This document shows positions 33,674 to 43,277 of a stretch of DNA of 64,000 nucleotides, piece after piece. Position numbers and translations under genes: made by a program. Origin of the DNA: a virus (lineage: Duplodnaviria; Caudoviricetes); IMG/VR virus record IMGVR_UViG_3300005611_000001; one strand, written 5' to 3'. Position 1 is the first letter of the stretch; each line of letters opens with the position of its first letter. The notes beneath the pieces were generated by a model that saw only the letters and a program-made list of their open reading frames with translations, was not told where the DNA came from and ran no database searches.

Positions 33674-34146
33674 GTTTTCTTTCTACGAAATGGTTTTAGT
33701 GGCTTGATAGATTTAGGCATAATGCCCTTGCTTTCAAGTTCTTTTTCTGTCCAAATCTCAAAGCCCCAACCCTGATCTTTTGCATATTCTTTAGCGGCTT
33801 CCCATTTATTTATATTCTTAATGTAAGTATAACCCTCTACAATGTATCGTTTTGTTCTACGATTGCCAGTCGGTGGCGATAACTCTTTTGCTGGCTTGAT
33901 TTCGACAAGCACTGTTTTTCCTGATTCGTAGACGATTTTTAAGTCCATGAAATATCGATGAATCTTTTTATCGACCTCATATAGATATGGTATGACAACT
34001 TCTTCGCTAGACCAGTATTTTACTTTGGGGTTTTCATCACACCACTTAAAGCAGTGTCTTTCCCACATAGAACGGTAGATCACATTCTTGCAATCGCCTT
34101 TATACTTCTCTATGTTCTTAACTTTGTATTTGCCTTTATATGTCAT
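33670..34146 (-). CDS. gp4: head completion nuclease (TnsA-like)
   Basis: YKGKY...N.EKYKGD, YRSMWE, WSSEE, HRYFMD, EIKP, NKWEAA. Confidence 0.9.
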   Translation of the reverse strand: MTYKGKYKVKNIEKYKGDCKNVIYRSMWERHCFKWCDENPKVKYWSSEEVVIPYLYEVDKKIHRYFMDLKIVYESGKTVLVEIKPAKELSPPTGNRRTKRYIVEGYTYIKNINKWEAAKEYAKDQGWGFEIWTEKELESKGIMPKSIKPLKPFRRKKT

Positions 34147-34155
34147 GAAAAACTC

Positions 34156-34163
34156 TATAAATA
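34156..34163 (+). promoter_or_regulatory. T4-type late promoter
   Basis: TATAAATA upstream of gp48-like gene. Confidence 0.85.
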
Positions 34164-34196
34164 GAAACAACACTCGCAACTATTTAGAGTATTTAA

Positions 34197-35402
34197 ATGG
34201 TAGACAATAGAAAGAGAGCCCAAGCTCAAAGAGCGCGCAATTTTCAAAAAGACAGAGAGCAGAGTCAAGAAAATCAAACTGCTACCGAAACTGTTGTCAT
34301 TGCGGAAGAAAAATCAACCGACGAACAGAACAAACAGGCGATTGATCCTGATGTTACGGCGCTTGAAAAAGTAAGACGCGACTTAAAATATCCACTTACA
34401 ATTTCAAGCAATTATCCTGCAAGAATTATTTTTAAAGCAATTGAAGTCGAGGGTGTAAACATAGGTGAAAAAATTGGTGATAGCTTTTCTTCTCTTGCAA
34501 AAAAATTCACAAACTTTTTTTCGTCTGAAGCTGAAGCTGTAGAAGGGGCAACAACTTCTATTTCTGACGGAAAGGTTGAAGCAGGCACCAAGCAAAGACT
34601 AGAAGAGCTTGAGCAAGCTGGAAATGATTTTAGTCAATCGTTCGATAATGTTAGCGCTAGCAATCTTGTTGTAGGTACTGTAACGCTTCCTCTTCAGCGT
34701 GATTTGAGATTTAGCGATAATGCACAATACGAAACAGCAAATCTTGGAGTCCTTGGTGGTGCGTTAGAACAAGGAATTCAAGGCAGAAACGCATTTGCCG
34801 GAATCACACAAAACAATCAATTGGTTCAAACTGCTTCTGCAATTGCAGCTTCAGCGGTTGCAAAAGGTGTTGGTGAAGCAGCAGGTGCTGCAATCGGTGC
34901 GACCGTTGCGAGGGGTCCAGGTGCTGTACTAGGTGTGGCTGCGCTTGGCGGTGCGTTCGAAGGCCTTTCTCCTGCTGTACGAAGCGCTACTCGCATTGCA
35001 ACTGCACCTAATCAGCGTACACTGTTTCAGCAAGTGAACATTCGAAACTTTGCCTTTACTTTTAAAATGGTCGCAAACAATCAAAGAGAAGCTGAAGAAA
35101 TTAAAAGCATTGTACAGTTTTTCAGACAAGAACTTTATCCCGAAAAAATACCTTTAGGCGAAACTGGTGTGCCCTTGGGCTATAAGTTTCCAAACATGTT
35201 CGAAATTGAAATCAAAAACAGACTTGATCGAAATCCAGCGTTCAAAATTCAGCGTTGTTATTTGCGCGATGTTCAAACATCATTTAACCCAACAGCAACT
35301 GGTATGCACGATGATGGTAGTTTTGTTGAGGTGGATATATCTCTAGCATTTCAAGAAATTGTTGCACTTGATAAAGCAAAAGTTAGGGATGGTGAATACT
35401 AA
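34197..35402 (+). CDS. gp48: baseplate tail-tube cap gp48-like
   Basis: YPL, PNQRTLF....R.F.FTFKM, YP, YKFPN.F.I, CYL..V..SFNP. Confidence 0.75.
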   Translation: MVDNRKRAQAQRARNFQKDREQSQENQTATETVVIAEEKSTDEQNKQAIDPDVTALEKVRRDLKYPLTISSNYPARIIFKAIEVEGVNIGEKIGDSFSSLAKKFTNFFSSEAEAVEGATTSISDGKVEAGTKQRLEELEQAGNDFSQSFDNVSASNLVVGTVTLPLQRDLRFSDNAQYETANLGVLGGALEQGIQGRNAFAGITQNNQLVQTASAIAASAVAKGVGEAAGAAIGATVARGPGAVLGVAALGGAFEGLSPAVRSATRIATAPNQRTLFQQVNIRNFAFTFKMVANNQREAEEIKSIVQFFRQELYPEKIPLGETGVPLGYKFPNMFEIEIKNRLDRNPAFKIQRCYLRDVQTSFNPTATGMHDDGSFVEVDISLAFQEIVALDKAKVRDGEY

Positions 35403-36151
35403 TGTCAAATTATTTTCAAAATTTTCCAAAAGTTCTGTATCTTTTCGGTGATGAAGAAGAGCCTGTTCTTTTTCAACAGCTGACGAAATATGTCGATCTT
35501 GTCGATACTTTACGCGACAATACTGGCGCATATATCGAATATGAGATTCGCGACGGTGATCGCCCAGACACTCTGTCATATAGATTGTATGGTAAAAGCG
35601 AATACGATTGGACTTTCTTTCTGATGAATGAAAGGCTGCGCGAAACTGGCTGGCCAAAAAGTTTATCGCAGCTGTATTCTTATGCACAATCGACCTTTTT
35701 TCCTAACTATACCGCAAAGTTAGCCATTACTGAAGCTGACAGTGCTACTGCAAGAAGCTTAGCTGACAAATATCCTGTTGGTCAAGCAGTGCTAGTGCAA
35801 GGAAGCGATGGCGTTGTTGTACGCAAGAATCTGGATCTGGGCGAAATTACAATTTCTTCTGATAGTGATATTACAGGCAAAACTGCTTTGTCTTACGCAG
35901 ACGGAACGAATCTTATTGCTTTGTCTGCAACTGTATATGAATATCAGGGTACACATCACTACGAAGGCGATTCAGGTCAATGGCTTGATTTTTTCTATGA
36001 CAGAACTGGTGTTGTTCCTGTCAAATTGCCTATTACGAATCTAGAATATCTAGTTGCAGAAAATGATCTGTCTAGAAAGATTCGCGTACTTAAAAAAGAA
36101 TATGTAGAAAAAGTCGTCGGTGAATTCAAGCGATTGATAGAGAGAACTTGA
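35402..36151 (+). CDS. gp53: baseplate wedge gp53
   Basis: YFQNFPK, Y.IRDGDRPD.LSY.LYG...Y.W.FFL.N. Confidence 0.85.
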   Translation: MSNYFQNFPKVLYLFGDEEEPVLFQQLTKYVDLVDTLRDNTGAYIEYEIRDGDRPDTLSYRLYGKSEYDWTFFLMNERLRETGWPKSLSQLYSYAQSTFFPNYTAKLAITEADSATARSLADKYPVGQAVLVQGSDGVVVRKNLDLGEITISSDSDITGKTALSYADGTNLIALSATVYEYQGTHHYEGDSGQWLDFFYDRTGVVPVKLPITNLEYLVAENDLSRKIRVLKKEYVEKVVGEFKRLIERT

Positions 36152-37515
36152 TGGCTCAAAATCAGTCACAGTTTGGTATACTTGAAGCGTCAATAATCTT
36201 ATCTTCTGCGAAGAACGAAGACAAGGTTGTAGATGTTCGTGGTAATATTGTCGAAGTAAACTTCTTCGAAAATCTTTACAAACCTTATGTAGACGCATCG
36301 ATTGCCATCATCGATGATTTCGGATTAAAAGATGCTCTTTCTTTGCAAGGAACTGAGCGAATCAGAATTGTGCTAGGAGATGCTGAGGCACCAGAAACAC
36401 CAATTATCGTCAAGTATTTTTTCTTTTCGAAAATAAATGACACTCGTCGCCTGAATGAAAGATCAGAAATTCTTTTCATTAATCTTGTTGAAGAACATGT
36501 TTACATAGATTCAATTAAACAGTTTAGTAGATCATATACAAACTCTCTTGAAAATATCGTATCTACCGTTGCCGAAAATGAATTAGGCAAAAAAGTTAGA
36601 CAAGATTTTTTTCAAGGTTCTGTGCAAGGGACAAGAAAAATAATAGTTCCTTATATGAGCCCTCTAGAAGCAATTCAATGGATCAAAGATCGCGCGACGA
36701 CAAGAACAGGGTCCCCTTTGTTTTTATATGGCTCTCTTTATACTGACGAACTAATTTTTTCTGATTTAGATAATTTGCTTAAAGAGCCTGTCATAAACAA
36801 CAAACTGCCTTTAAGATATACGAGCGCAATTGCTAGCGTAGACCAAGACCAAGAAAATTTACGACCATACTATGAAGTTATTTCTTTTAAAGAAATGAAT
36901 TCAGAAAACTCACAAGCGCTTTATGAGAATGGTGCTATAGGTTCATACTATGCAAACATCGATGCTGGAACTGGATCAGTTTCAGGAAGCCACATTAGTA
37001 TTCGTGATATCATTGATGAATTTTATACAAACGAATTAATTTCGCCAGACACTGCTCAGAGCATTTTTGATCCTTCGTTAGAAATAAATGGTAAGCTTTC
37101 AGACGAATATAATTCTCTTCATGTACATCAAGCTTTTTCAAGCGGCACATATAATCAATTTAAAAGCTATCATGACGAAGCTACCGTGCTAGATGAAAAT
37201 GGTGCGCTTACAGAATCTAAATTAAAAGTTAAAAACAAAATTATCAGAACAATATTGAAAAAGAATTTGATTGATATTGGTATGAACGGGTCGCTCTTTT
37301 TCAAAGGCAAAGTAACTGTTGGTCGAAAGCTTCGTGTTTTATTTTTGAATTCTAACGTTGATGGGGATAAAAGTGATCCCATCAAACAAGTTGATAAAAG
37401 AAAATCTGGCGACTATTTGATTCTAGCCATCAATCATAGACTTATCGATGAGAAGCACACATCAGTGTTGAGACTTACAAAGCTTGGCGAATTGCCTAGA
37501 GACTTTGAACTATGA
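36148..37515 (+). CDS. baseplate hub protein (gp27-like position)
   Basis: Between gp53 and gp5; ENLYKPY, SGDYLI..I.H. Confidence 0.6.
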   Translation: MMAQNQSQFGILEASIILSSAKNEDKVVDVRGNIVEVNFFENLYKPYVDASIAIIDDFGLKDALSLQGTERIRIVLGDAEAPETPIIVKYFFFSKINDTRRLNERSEILFINLVEEHVYIDSIKQFSRSYTNSLENIVSTVAENELGKKVRQDFFQGSVQGTRKIIVPYMSPLEAIQWIKDRATTRTGSPLFLYGSLYTDELIFSDLDNLLKEPVINNKLPLRYTSAIASVDQDQENLRPYYEVISFKEMNSENSQALYENGAIGSYYANIDAGTGSVSGSHISIRDIIDEFYTNELISPDTAQSIFDPSLEINGKLSDEYNSLHVHQAFSSGTYNQFKSYHDEATVLDENGALTESKLKVKNKIIRTILKKNLIDIGMNGSLFFKGKVTVGRKLRVLFLNSNVDGDKSDPIKQVDKRKSGDYLILAINHRLIDEKHTSVLRLTKLGELPRDFEL

Positions 37516-38381
37516 ATGTTTTAAGACCAATTCAAAAAGAGTTCTACGGTGATGACTATCGCTGGTTTTTTGGCACGGTCGTAAATGCTGTGCCGCCTAG
37601 TGGTCTTGAAGGGCGTGTCAAAGTTCGAATCTATGGCGTTCACAATCCACTGACAAATGAAATACCTGAAAAAGACTTGCCGTGGGCTCAAGTTCTGCTT
37701 CCGACAACCGAAGGTGGTTCGTCGGGTATTGGTCGAATTCCACAGCTAGTGACTGGTGCATTTGTGTTTGGAATTTTTCTTGACGGTATTTCGTCACAAA
37801 TTCCATTAGTTCTTGGTTCTTTGCCTCGCGTTGAGTTTCCTACTTCTATTCAAAGCGGAAGAGAACTGTCGTCTCCTGACAAGTTTCAATATGATCAAGG
37901 GCGTTTGCAAAACGTTGTTGCACAAACTTTCAAAGACGACAAAGAAGCAAAAGCAAGCGTCGGGCTAAGACGACAGCAAGCAATGAAGTTTTTTATCGAC
38001 AATGGATATGATTTGATTCATTCGGCTTCATTGACAGGTGCGATTGAAGCAAGCTCCGGATTTCAAACATATAACACAGATATAAACTCTGAAACAGTTG
38101 GTATTATTAATTGGAAAAATCGTGCAAAGACAGGCAGCAGGTTTAATGAACTTTTGAAATTTGCGGCACAATATTCTCCTAATTCTGATTGGAGACTATA
38201 CTCAATACAATTACAATTTGTGCTGTTTGAGTTGCGCAATCGATTTAATCTTGTTAATAGCAAATTTCTTTTTACCACAGATATAAAAAGCGCTAGTGAA
38301 ATTCTCAACCGTGACTACATAAAAGGTTCGAATCGCAGCGATCAGTTAGCGCAAAGAGCATATGAAGAGGTGTTGTCATAA
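37512..38381 (+). CDS. gp5: gp5 N-terminal OB-fold fused to tail-lysozyme-like domain
   Basis: GRVKVRIYGVH...LPWAQVLLP...G; C-terminal half resembles Phage_lysozyme2 with degenerate motif. Confidence 0.75.
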   Translation: MNVLRPIQKEFYGDDYRWFFGTVVNAVPPSGLEGRVKVRIYGVHNPLTNEIPEKDLPWAQVLLPTTEGGSSGIGRIPQLVTGAFVFGIFLDGISSQIPLVLGSLPRVEFPTSIQSGRELSSPDKFQYDQGRLQNVVAQTFKDDKEAKASVGLRRQQAMKFFIDNGYDLIHSASLTGAIEASSGFQTYNTDINSETVGIINWKNRAKTGSRFNELLKFAAQYSPNSDWRLYSIQLQFVLFELRNRFNLVNSKFLFTTDIKSASEILNRDYIKGSNRSDQLAQRAYEEVLS

Positions 38382-40285
38382 TGGTGGCTACAGGAAAAGA
38401 AAAACTTCAGGAAACAGTTAAGACGGCAGCGTCTTCTGTTGATACATCTCAGATTGATGAGACAGCACAAACCGCACAAGAAACACTCAACAATTCTGTC
38501 GAGACAGTTGTTGGCGGAGTTGCAGGTGAGATAGAAGGTGGTGTTCAAAGTTTAACACAGAAGTTTGACAAGTTTCAAGATAAGTTAAACAATACCACAA
38601 CCGAAGGCTTGATCGCTGATGGTGCGCAAACTCTAGAGAATCTTGCTACTGATTTTGTAAAAGAACAAGCAAGCAATCTTTTGTCGAAGTTTGGTGTAAA
38701 TGTAAACATTCAGTTTAGTGAACCCGATTCGAATGGTGTTGTTGTTCCTATCGATGCATCACTTGATGCTGACGGCGGCGTCAGTGGAACAATCGCGGAT
38801 GTTCTAAAACTTATTACTGGGCTTGGCATTGATACAGGTAATCTGCAAAAAGCGCTTGTTGAAGGTAGCCCCGAAGGTGTTCTATCTGCAGGAGAAGACC
38901 TTCTTGCAGGTAAAATTGGTGCGTTTGATGGTGCCGCAGCAATAAACTCTTTGACCGATGCTGCTGTATCTACTGTCACAGATACGCTTCAGACCACAGT
39001 ATTGAATGCTTTAGCATCTAATTCAAATCTCAACACAGTTATCAATGCAGTCTCAGCAGTTGAGTCTGACGGCTCGGGCGGTATTTCGTTTACAAGAACA
39101 GCAATTACTGCTTCGCGTATCGGTGCAGGAAACACCGACAGCGCTATATTTAATTCTGCAATCACAAAGAACAAAACAGATCCTCTTGCAGATTTAAATA
39201 ATATTGTCACAGATGCGAAGAATATCAAAGTAAATCTGGACAAAGCTAAATCAGATTTAGAAAATCTTTCGGGCGGTAAAGATCCAAGCACGGTTTTAAA
39301 TTCTGTAAAAGGTGCTGCTGCAGCAAGAGATTCTTACACACAAAAGGGCGACGAGTATCGTTCGCTTGTAAAGACTCGTGTAGCTAAAGGATCGCAAACT
39401 GGAGTTGTGCAAGGAATTAGCACAGAGATTCTAACAGATGTCAAGAAACAAATTCGTGACTTTGCTCCTAGACTCACTGGTGAGCAAGTCAATCAAGTAA
39501 TTGCACTTTCACAAGGTGATGCTGCTGACATTTCTCAAGCGGTTCGTCTCTTGTTTGACGCGACAGGAAAACAGTTCGATACCATTCGTCAGTTTATTAA
39601 ATCAATCGATACCTCAATTGAGAGCGCTACACGAGTTACACCCGAAGAAGCTATCTTTACTGAACCTTATGTCATAGGTTCATACGAAAAAGATTGGAAT
39701 CAAGGTGCAGGTAATCCTAAATTCCCATATATCTCTTCGTTAGAAGAACTACAGGCAGAACTTCGCAATGTCAATCGTGAAGTCACAGAGGTTGTGGTTC
39801 ACTGGACAGAGACACATACTGACAAGAATATTGGGTCAGAAGAAATAAATAAGTACCATGTTGATCTGGGGCTGAACGGCATTGGCTATCACTATGTTAT
39901 TCGTCGAGATGGCTCTTTGCAGAGAGGTCGACCAGTCAACATTCAAGGTCAACACGCACCAATCAATAATCATGATCAAAGAAGCATTGGGCTTGTGTTT
40001 GTAGGCGGTATTAATGTATCGTCGGGCACACCAAATCCTGAGAACTTTTTGTCTGCACAGTCACTGACAAGAAGTCAGATAAACACCTTTGACCATTTCT
40101 GTCGAGCGTTCTATGCAGTGTTTCCGGGTGGTCAGATTGTCGGGCACAGCGAGATTGATGCAGATGAGGTTGATCCTGGTTTTGAAGTGATTAATTACGT
40201 TGAGAACGTTTTCGGAAAAACATCTAAGTTTACTGACCCTCTTTCAGAAAGCCCGTTGACAATCGATGAGATATTAACACAATGA
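38381..40285 (+). CDS. tail-associated protein with C-terminal Amidase_2 (T7-lysozyme-like) domain
   Basis: VVVHWT, IGYHYVIRRDG..QRGRP, SIG..FVGG, VGHS...DPGF. Confidence 0.85.
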   Translation: MVATGKEKLQETVKTAASSVDTSQIDETAQTAQETLNNSVETVVGGVAGEIEGGVQSLTQKFDKFQDKLNNTTTEGLIADGAQTLENLATDFVKEQASNLLSKFGVNVNIQFSEPDSNGVVVPIDASLDADGGVSGTIADVLKLITGLGIDTGNLQKALVEGSPEGVLSAGEDLLAGKIGAFDGAAAINSLTDAAVSTVTDTLQTTVLNALASNSNLNTVINAVSAVESDGSGGISFTRTAITASRIGAGNTDSAIFNSAITKNKTDPLADLNNIVTDAKNIKVNLDKAKSDLENLSGGKDPSTVLNSVKGAAAARDSYTQKGDEYRSLVKTRVAKGSQTGVVQGISTEILTDVKKQIRDFAPRLTGEQVNQVIALSQGDAADISQAVRLLFDATGKQFDTIRQFIKSIDTSIESATRVTPEEAIFTEPYVIGSYEKDWNQGAGNPKFPYISSLEELQAELRNVNREVTEVVVHWTETHTDKNIGSEEINKYHVDLGLNGIGYHYVIRRDGSLQRGRPVNIQGQHAPINNHDQRSIGLVFVGGINVSSGTPNPENFLSAQSLTRSQINTFDHFCRAFYAVFPGGQIVGHSEIDADEVDPGFEVINYVENVFGKTSKFTDPLSESPLTIDEILTQ

Positions 40286-41745
40286 CAAATAAGTTAGACG
40301 ATCTACAAGAAAGAATCGATAGATTCGGCGAAGGTCAAGAAGAGACCGTCGGCGTCCCTCAAGAAGGTTTTGCAGACGCGACTGGTGAATATCCTAATCG
40401 CGATTATTTTTTCGGCACAAGCTTAAACAAAGCAGCAAAGGGCGAAAAAGTAAACAATCTTGATCTGGGTGGTGGTGATTATGGTGTTGCGCTGAAAGTT
40501 CCTGATCAAAAACCTTCACAATATCCACACAATCAAGTACAAGAAACACCATCGGGTCACGCTATCGAAGTAGATGATACGCCTGGTGGTGAAAGAATTC
40601 TAATCAAGCACCGCACGGGTGCTGGCGTTGAAATGCGCGCTGATGGTTCTGTTATTGTCTCTTCGAAGAATCAGCGCATTGAAGTTACGGGTGGTGATCA
40701 TACAACCATTGTCGAAGGAGAAGGAAATCTTGTTTACAAAGGAAATCTCAACCTTACTGTTACTGGCGATTTCAATGTGGATGTCGGGGGTAATTATACT
40801 CTTAACGTTGCCGGAGATAAATCTGAGGAAATCAAGGGACGACACACAAAAATAGTTGACCGAGATCAGAACTATACGATTCGTGGTGCGCGTGGTGAGC
40901 AGGTGGTCGGAATGGCGACCTCTACAGTGCTTGGCGACCAGAATCTAATTACAGCGGGCAATCTGAATCAGTTCACTCAAGGTAATACGGAAATACTTGC
41001 AGGTGGTAGTTTAATTACAACTGCAGTAGATGAATGGGTTGCGGCTTCTTCTACTGCAAACATCACAGCGCGGCATATTAGTATGATCGGGCACAAGGGT
41101 ACGATTGGTGGACCTCTGCTTGATTACTACGGCAAAACGTATGGTGGTTTTCCTGCAGGCATTACTAATCTATCTACTTTCTATGGTACGCTTGTAGGTA
41201 AAGCGGCTGAGTCTATTCGCGCAGATTATGCGATGGTATCTTCGCAAGCAGGGTGGTCTGGATTTGCGGGTGCTTCACTAACTGCAGTAACTGCAGCGAG
41301 CCTTGGTGCTGGGCCGCCGCCTGTAGTTGTTCCTCCGGTACCGGGTATCATGCCGTTCATTCCGATTCCTTCAACCGCGCCGCTGCCAAATCCTGCGATT
41401 GTTGAAATGCAGTTGTCGTCTAGCAACTATGGCGTTCGCGGTGTTACCGTTGATCCAAAACTGAAGAAAAAGATTCTACGTTCTGATGACTACAAAGGAT
41501 TGTTTAACTTCGATCCAAACATTCATGAGATTCGTTCGAAACTTCGTGATCCGCAACACTTTAACAATGGTGGGTTCACAAGCTATCTTGTTTCGCAAGG
41601 TAAGCTGAACAAAGACTTTAAAAAGAATCTGCCAAAGAATATTGGGCGCTCTGCATCAAAGACTGGCACGACCAGATTTGGTGTAAATCTACTTGGTAAT
41701 AATGCTGCTGATAATCGAAGCAAGCGATTTAAGGTGAATAAATGA
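40282..41745 (+). CDS. gp5: gp5 central/C-terminal spike (beta-helix) protein
   Basis: YP.NQVQETPSGH.IE.DDTPGGERI...HRTG, V.GD repeats. Confidence 0.8.
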   Translation: MTNKLDDLQERIDRFGEGQEETVGVPQEGFADATGEYPNRDYFFGTSLNKAAKGEKVNNLDLGGGDYGVALKVPDQKPSQYPHNQVQETPSGHAIEVDDTPGGERILIKHRTGAGVEMRADGSVIVSSKNQRIEVTGGDHTTIVEGEGNLVYKGNLNLTVTGDFNVDVGGNYTLNVAGDKSEEIKGRHTKIVDRDQNYTIRGARGEQVVGMATSTVLGDQNLITAGNLNQFTQGNTEILAGGSLITTAVDEWVAASSTANITARHISMIGHKGTIGGPLLDYYGKTYGGFPAGITNLSTFYGTLVGKAAESIRADYAMVSSQAGWSGFAGASLTAVTAASLGAGPPPVVVPPVPGIMPFIPIPSTAPLPNPAIVEMQLSSSNYGVRGVTVDPKLKKKILRSDDYKGLFNFDPNIHEIRSKLRDPQHFNNGGFTSYLVSQGKLNKDFKKNLPKNIGRSASKTGTTRFGVNLLGNNAADNRSKRFKVNK

Positions 41746-42479
41746 AAATTTTAGTTGATCCACAATATAATCCAGAGCTCCAGCCTCAGATCACTTCTGC
41801 GACTAAACTAGGTCCTGGTATTACATGTGCAAAGTTTCTGGGCGCGCGGGGCTCAAGAACACAGTTCGAAAAGCTGTACGCTCCTGGTTTTTTTGGTGCT
41901 GCGGATCGTAAGCAAATTGCTCGCAATTTAGTTCTGCATGCAAATGCCATGCAAACAATCATTGGCAATCCATCGTTTTATCAGCATCGTCTTGTAGTCT
42001 CTGAAGGTATCTACGAGCCAAATCCTAGTTTTGAGACACAAGAAATTCCAGCTGGTAGTGAGATTGCCGCACGAGCGCTAGCGAAAGCAAATTCTGGTGG
42101 ATCGTACGGTAATGGACCAGATGGGTGGGTTGCAAAGATTCCATTGTATGCTGGTGAGCGCCCAACACCTGGCGGTGTTAATGATTTACGTCGAACAGGC
42201 AGAGCAATCGTCTATCAGTTAATCAACAAAGACGGTAATACTGATCCAAGAACATCGTTTGATCTTGCATTGTTTTGGAAAGATTATATCGACTATGACA
42301 AGTTGACTCTTGACTACGACACTCTTGATCCAAACGGTGATTTGACTTGTCAAATCGTTCTTGAAATGCCAGAAGTTCCACCTTCGTTTGAAGTTTCTTT
42401 TGCATACAATATAGAGACGACATACAATGGTGAGCTTCAGGCGAAGAATGAAATCTTAGAAATTCTTCCCGACGATTGA
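41742..42479 (+). CDS. conserved T4-like hypothetical protein
   Basis: ATGA overlap with gp5C; TKL..GIT.AKFLG. Confidence 0.6.
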   Translation: MKILVDPQYNPELQPQITSATKLGPGITCAKFLGARGSRTQFEKLYAPGFFGAADRKQIARNLVLHANAMQTIIGNPSFYQHRLVVSEGIYEPNPSFETQEIPAGSEIAARALAKANSGGSYGNGPDGWVAKIPLYAGERPTPGGVNDLRRTGRAIVYQLINKDGNTDPRTSFDLALFWKDYIDYDKLTLDYDTLDPNGDLTCQIVLEMPEVPPSFEVSFAYNIETTYNGELQAKNEILEILPDD

Positions 42480-42487
42480 TATAAATA
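42480..42487 (+). promoter_or_regulatory. T4-type late promoter
   Basis: TATAAATA before gp25. Confidence 0.85.
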
Positions 42488-42509
42488 AAAAGAAAAGGTT
42501 TTCACACCT

Positions 42510-43265
42510 ATGTCAAAGATTTTTTCTACAGAAGATGGCAATCTTAGTTCAAGTATTCGCGTCGTAAAAGAGCGCGAGTACTCTGATATTGATTTGTCTC
42601 TCGGCGCAAGAACATCGACCGATGGTGATGTTTTTCGAAAGACGGATGCTGCTTCTGTAAAACAGGCTGTTAAAAATCTGATAATGACCAATAGGTTCGA
42701 AAAACCATATCGCCCTAATTATGGTGCGAATCTTGGCGGTATGTTGTTCGAATTGATGAGTGAAGATGTTGGCGAAGAAATTATAGACAACATTAAAAAG
42801 ACAATACAAAGATATGAACCTAGGGCAAAAGTTTTAAACATAAAAGTAACAGCAACGCCTGACTATAACTCTGTTACAGCAACAATAGAATTTAGAATTG
42901 TAAATACAAATCTTGTCGAATCATTAAAAGTTTCTCTGAACCCGATTTCAGAAGCTGTTATTCCTGTTCTGCCTCTTGACACTTCAGACATTGTTATCTA
43001 CGACAATATTATTCGTGCAGAAAATGATAACAGACTTGCAACATATTTGGGCGATCTTCTTCGTCGCGACTTGTTGATTCCGTCTGTTGATGCGTTATTG
43101 ACAGATCCAGATTCTGATATGATACATGCATTGTTTAATGGTTTTGTTGAAGGGGTGTTGTTAATCGATTCGGCAACGCTAGAAGGTATTCTTACTGTAC
43201 CAAACGAAGATCAGATATTCTTGCAAAATGGTGCTGATTTTATCATACCACAGCAATCAATTTAA
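42510..43265 (+). CDS. gp25: baseplate wedge gp25 with ~110-aa C-terminal extension
   Basis: YSDIDL, AVKNLI.TN..EKP..P..G.NL..MLFE, I..YEPR. Confidence 0.85.
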   Translation: MSKIFSTEDGNLSSSIRVVKEREYSDIDLSLGARTSTDGDVFRKTDAASVKQAVKNLIMTNRFEKPYRPNYGANLGGMLFELMSEDVGEEIIDNIKKTIQRYEPRAKVLNIKVTATPDYNSVTATIEFRIVNTNLVESLKVSLNPISEAVIPVLPLDTSDIVIYDNIIRAENDNRLATYLGDLLRRDLLIPSVDALLTDPDSDMIHALFNGFVEGVLLIDSATLEGILTVPNEDQIFLQNGADFIIPQQSI

Positions 43266-43277
43266 TCGGAGTAAAAA

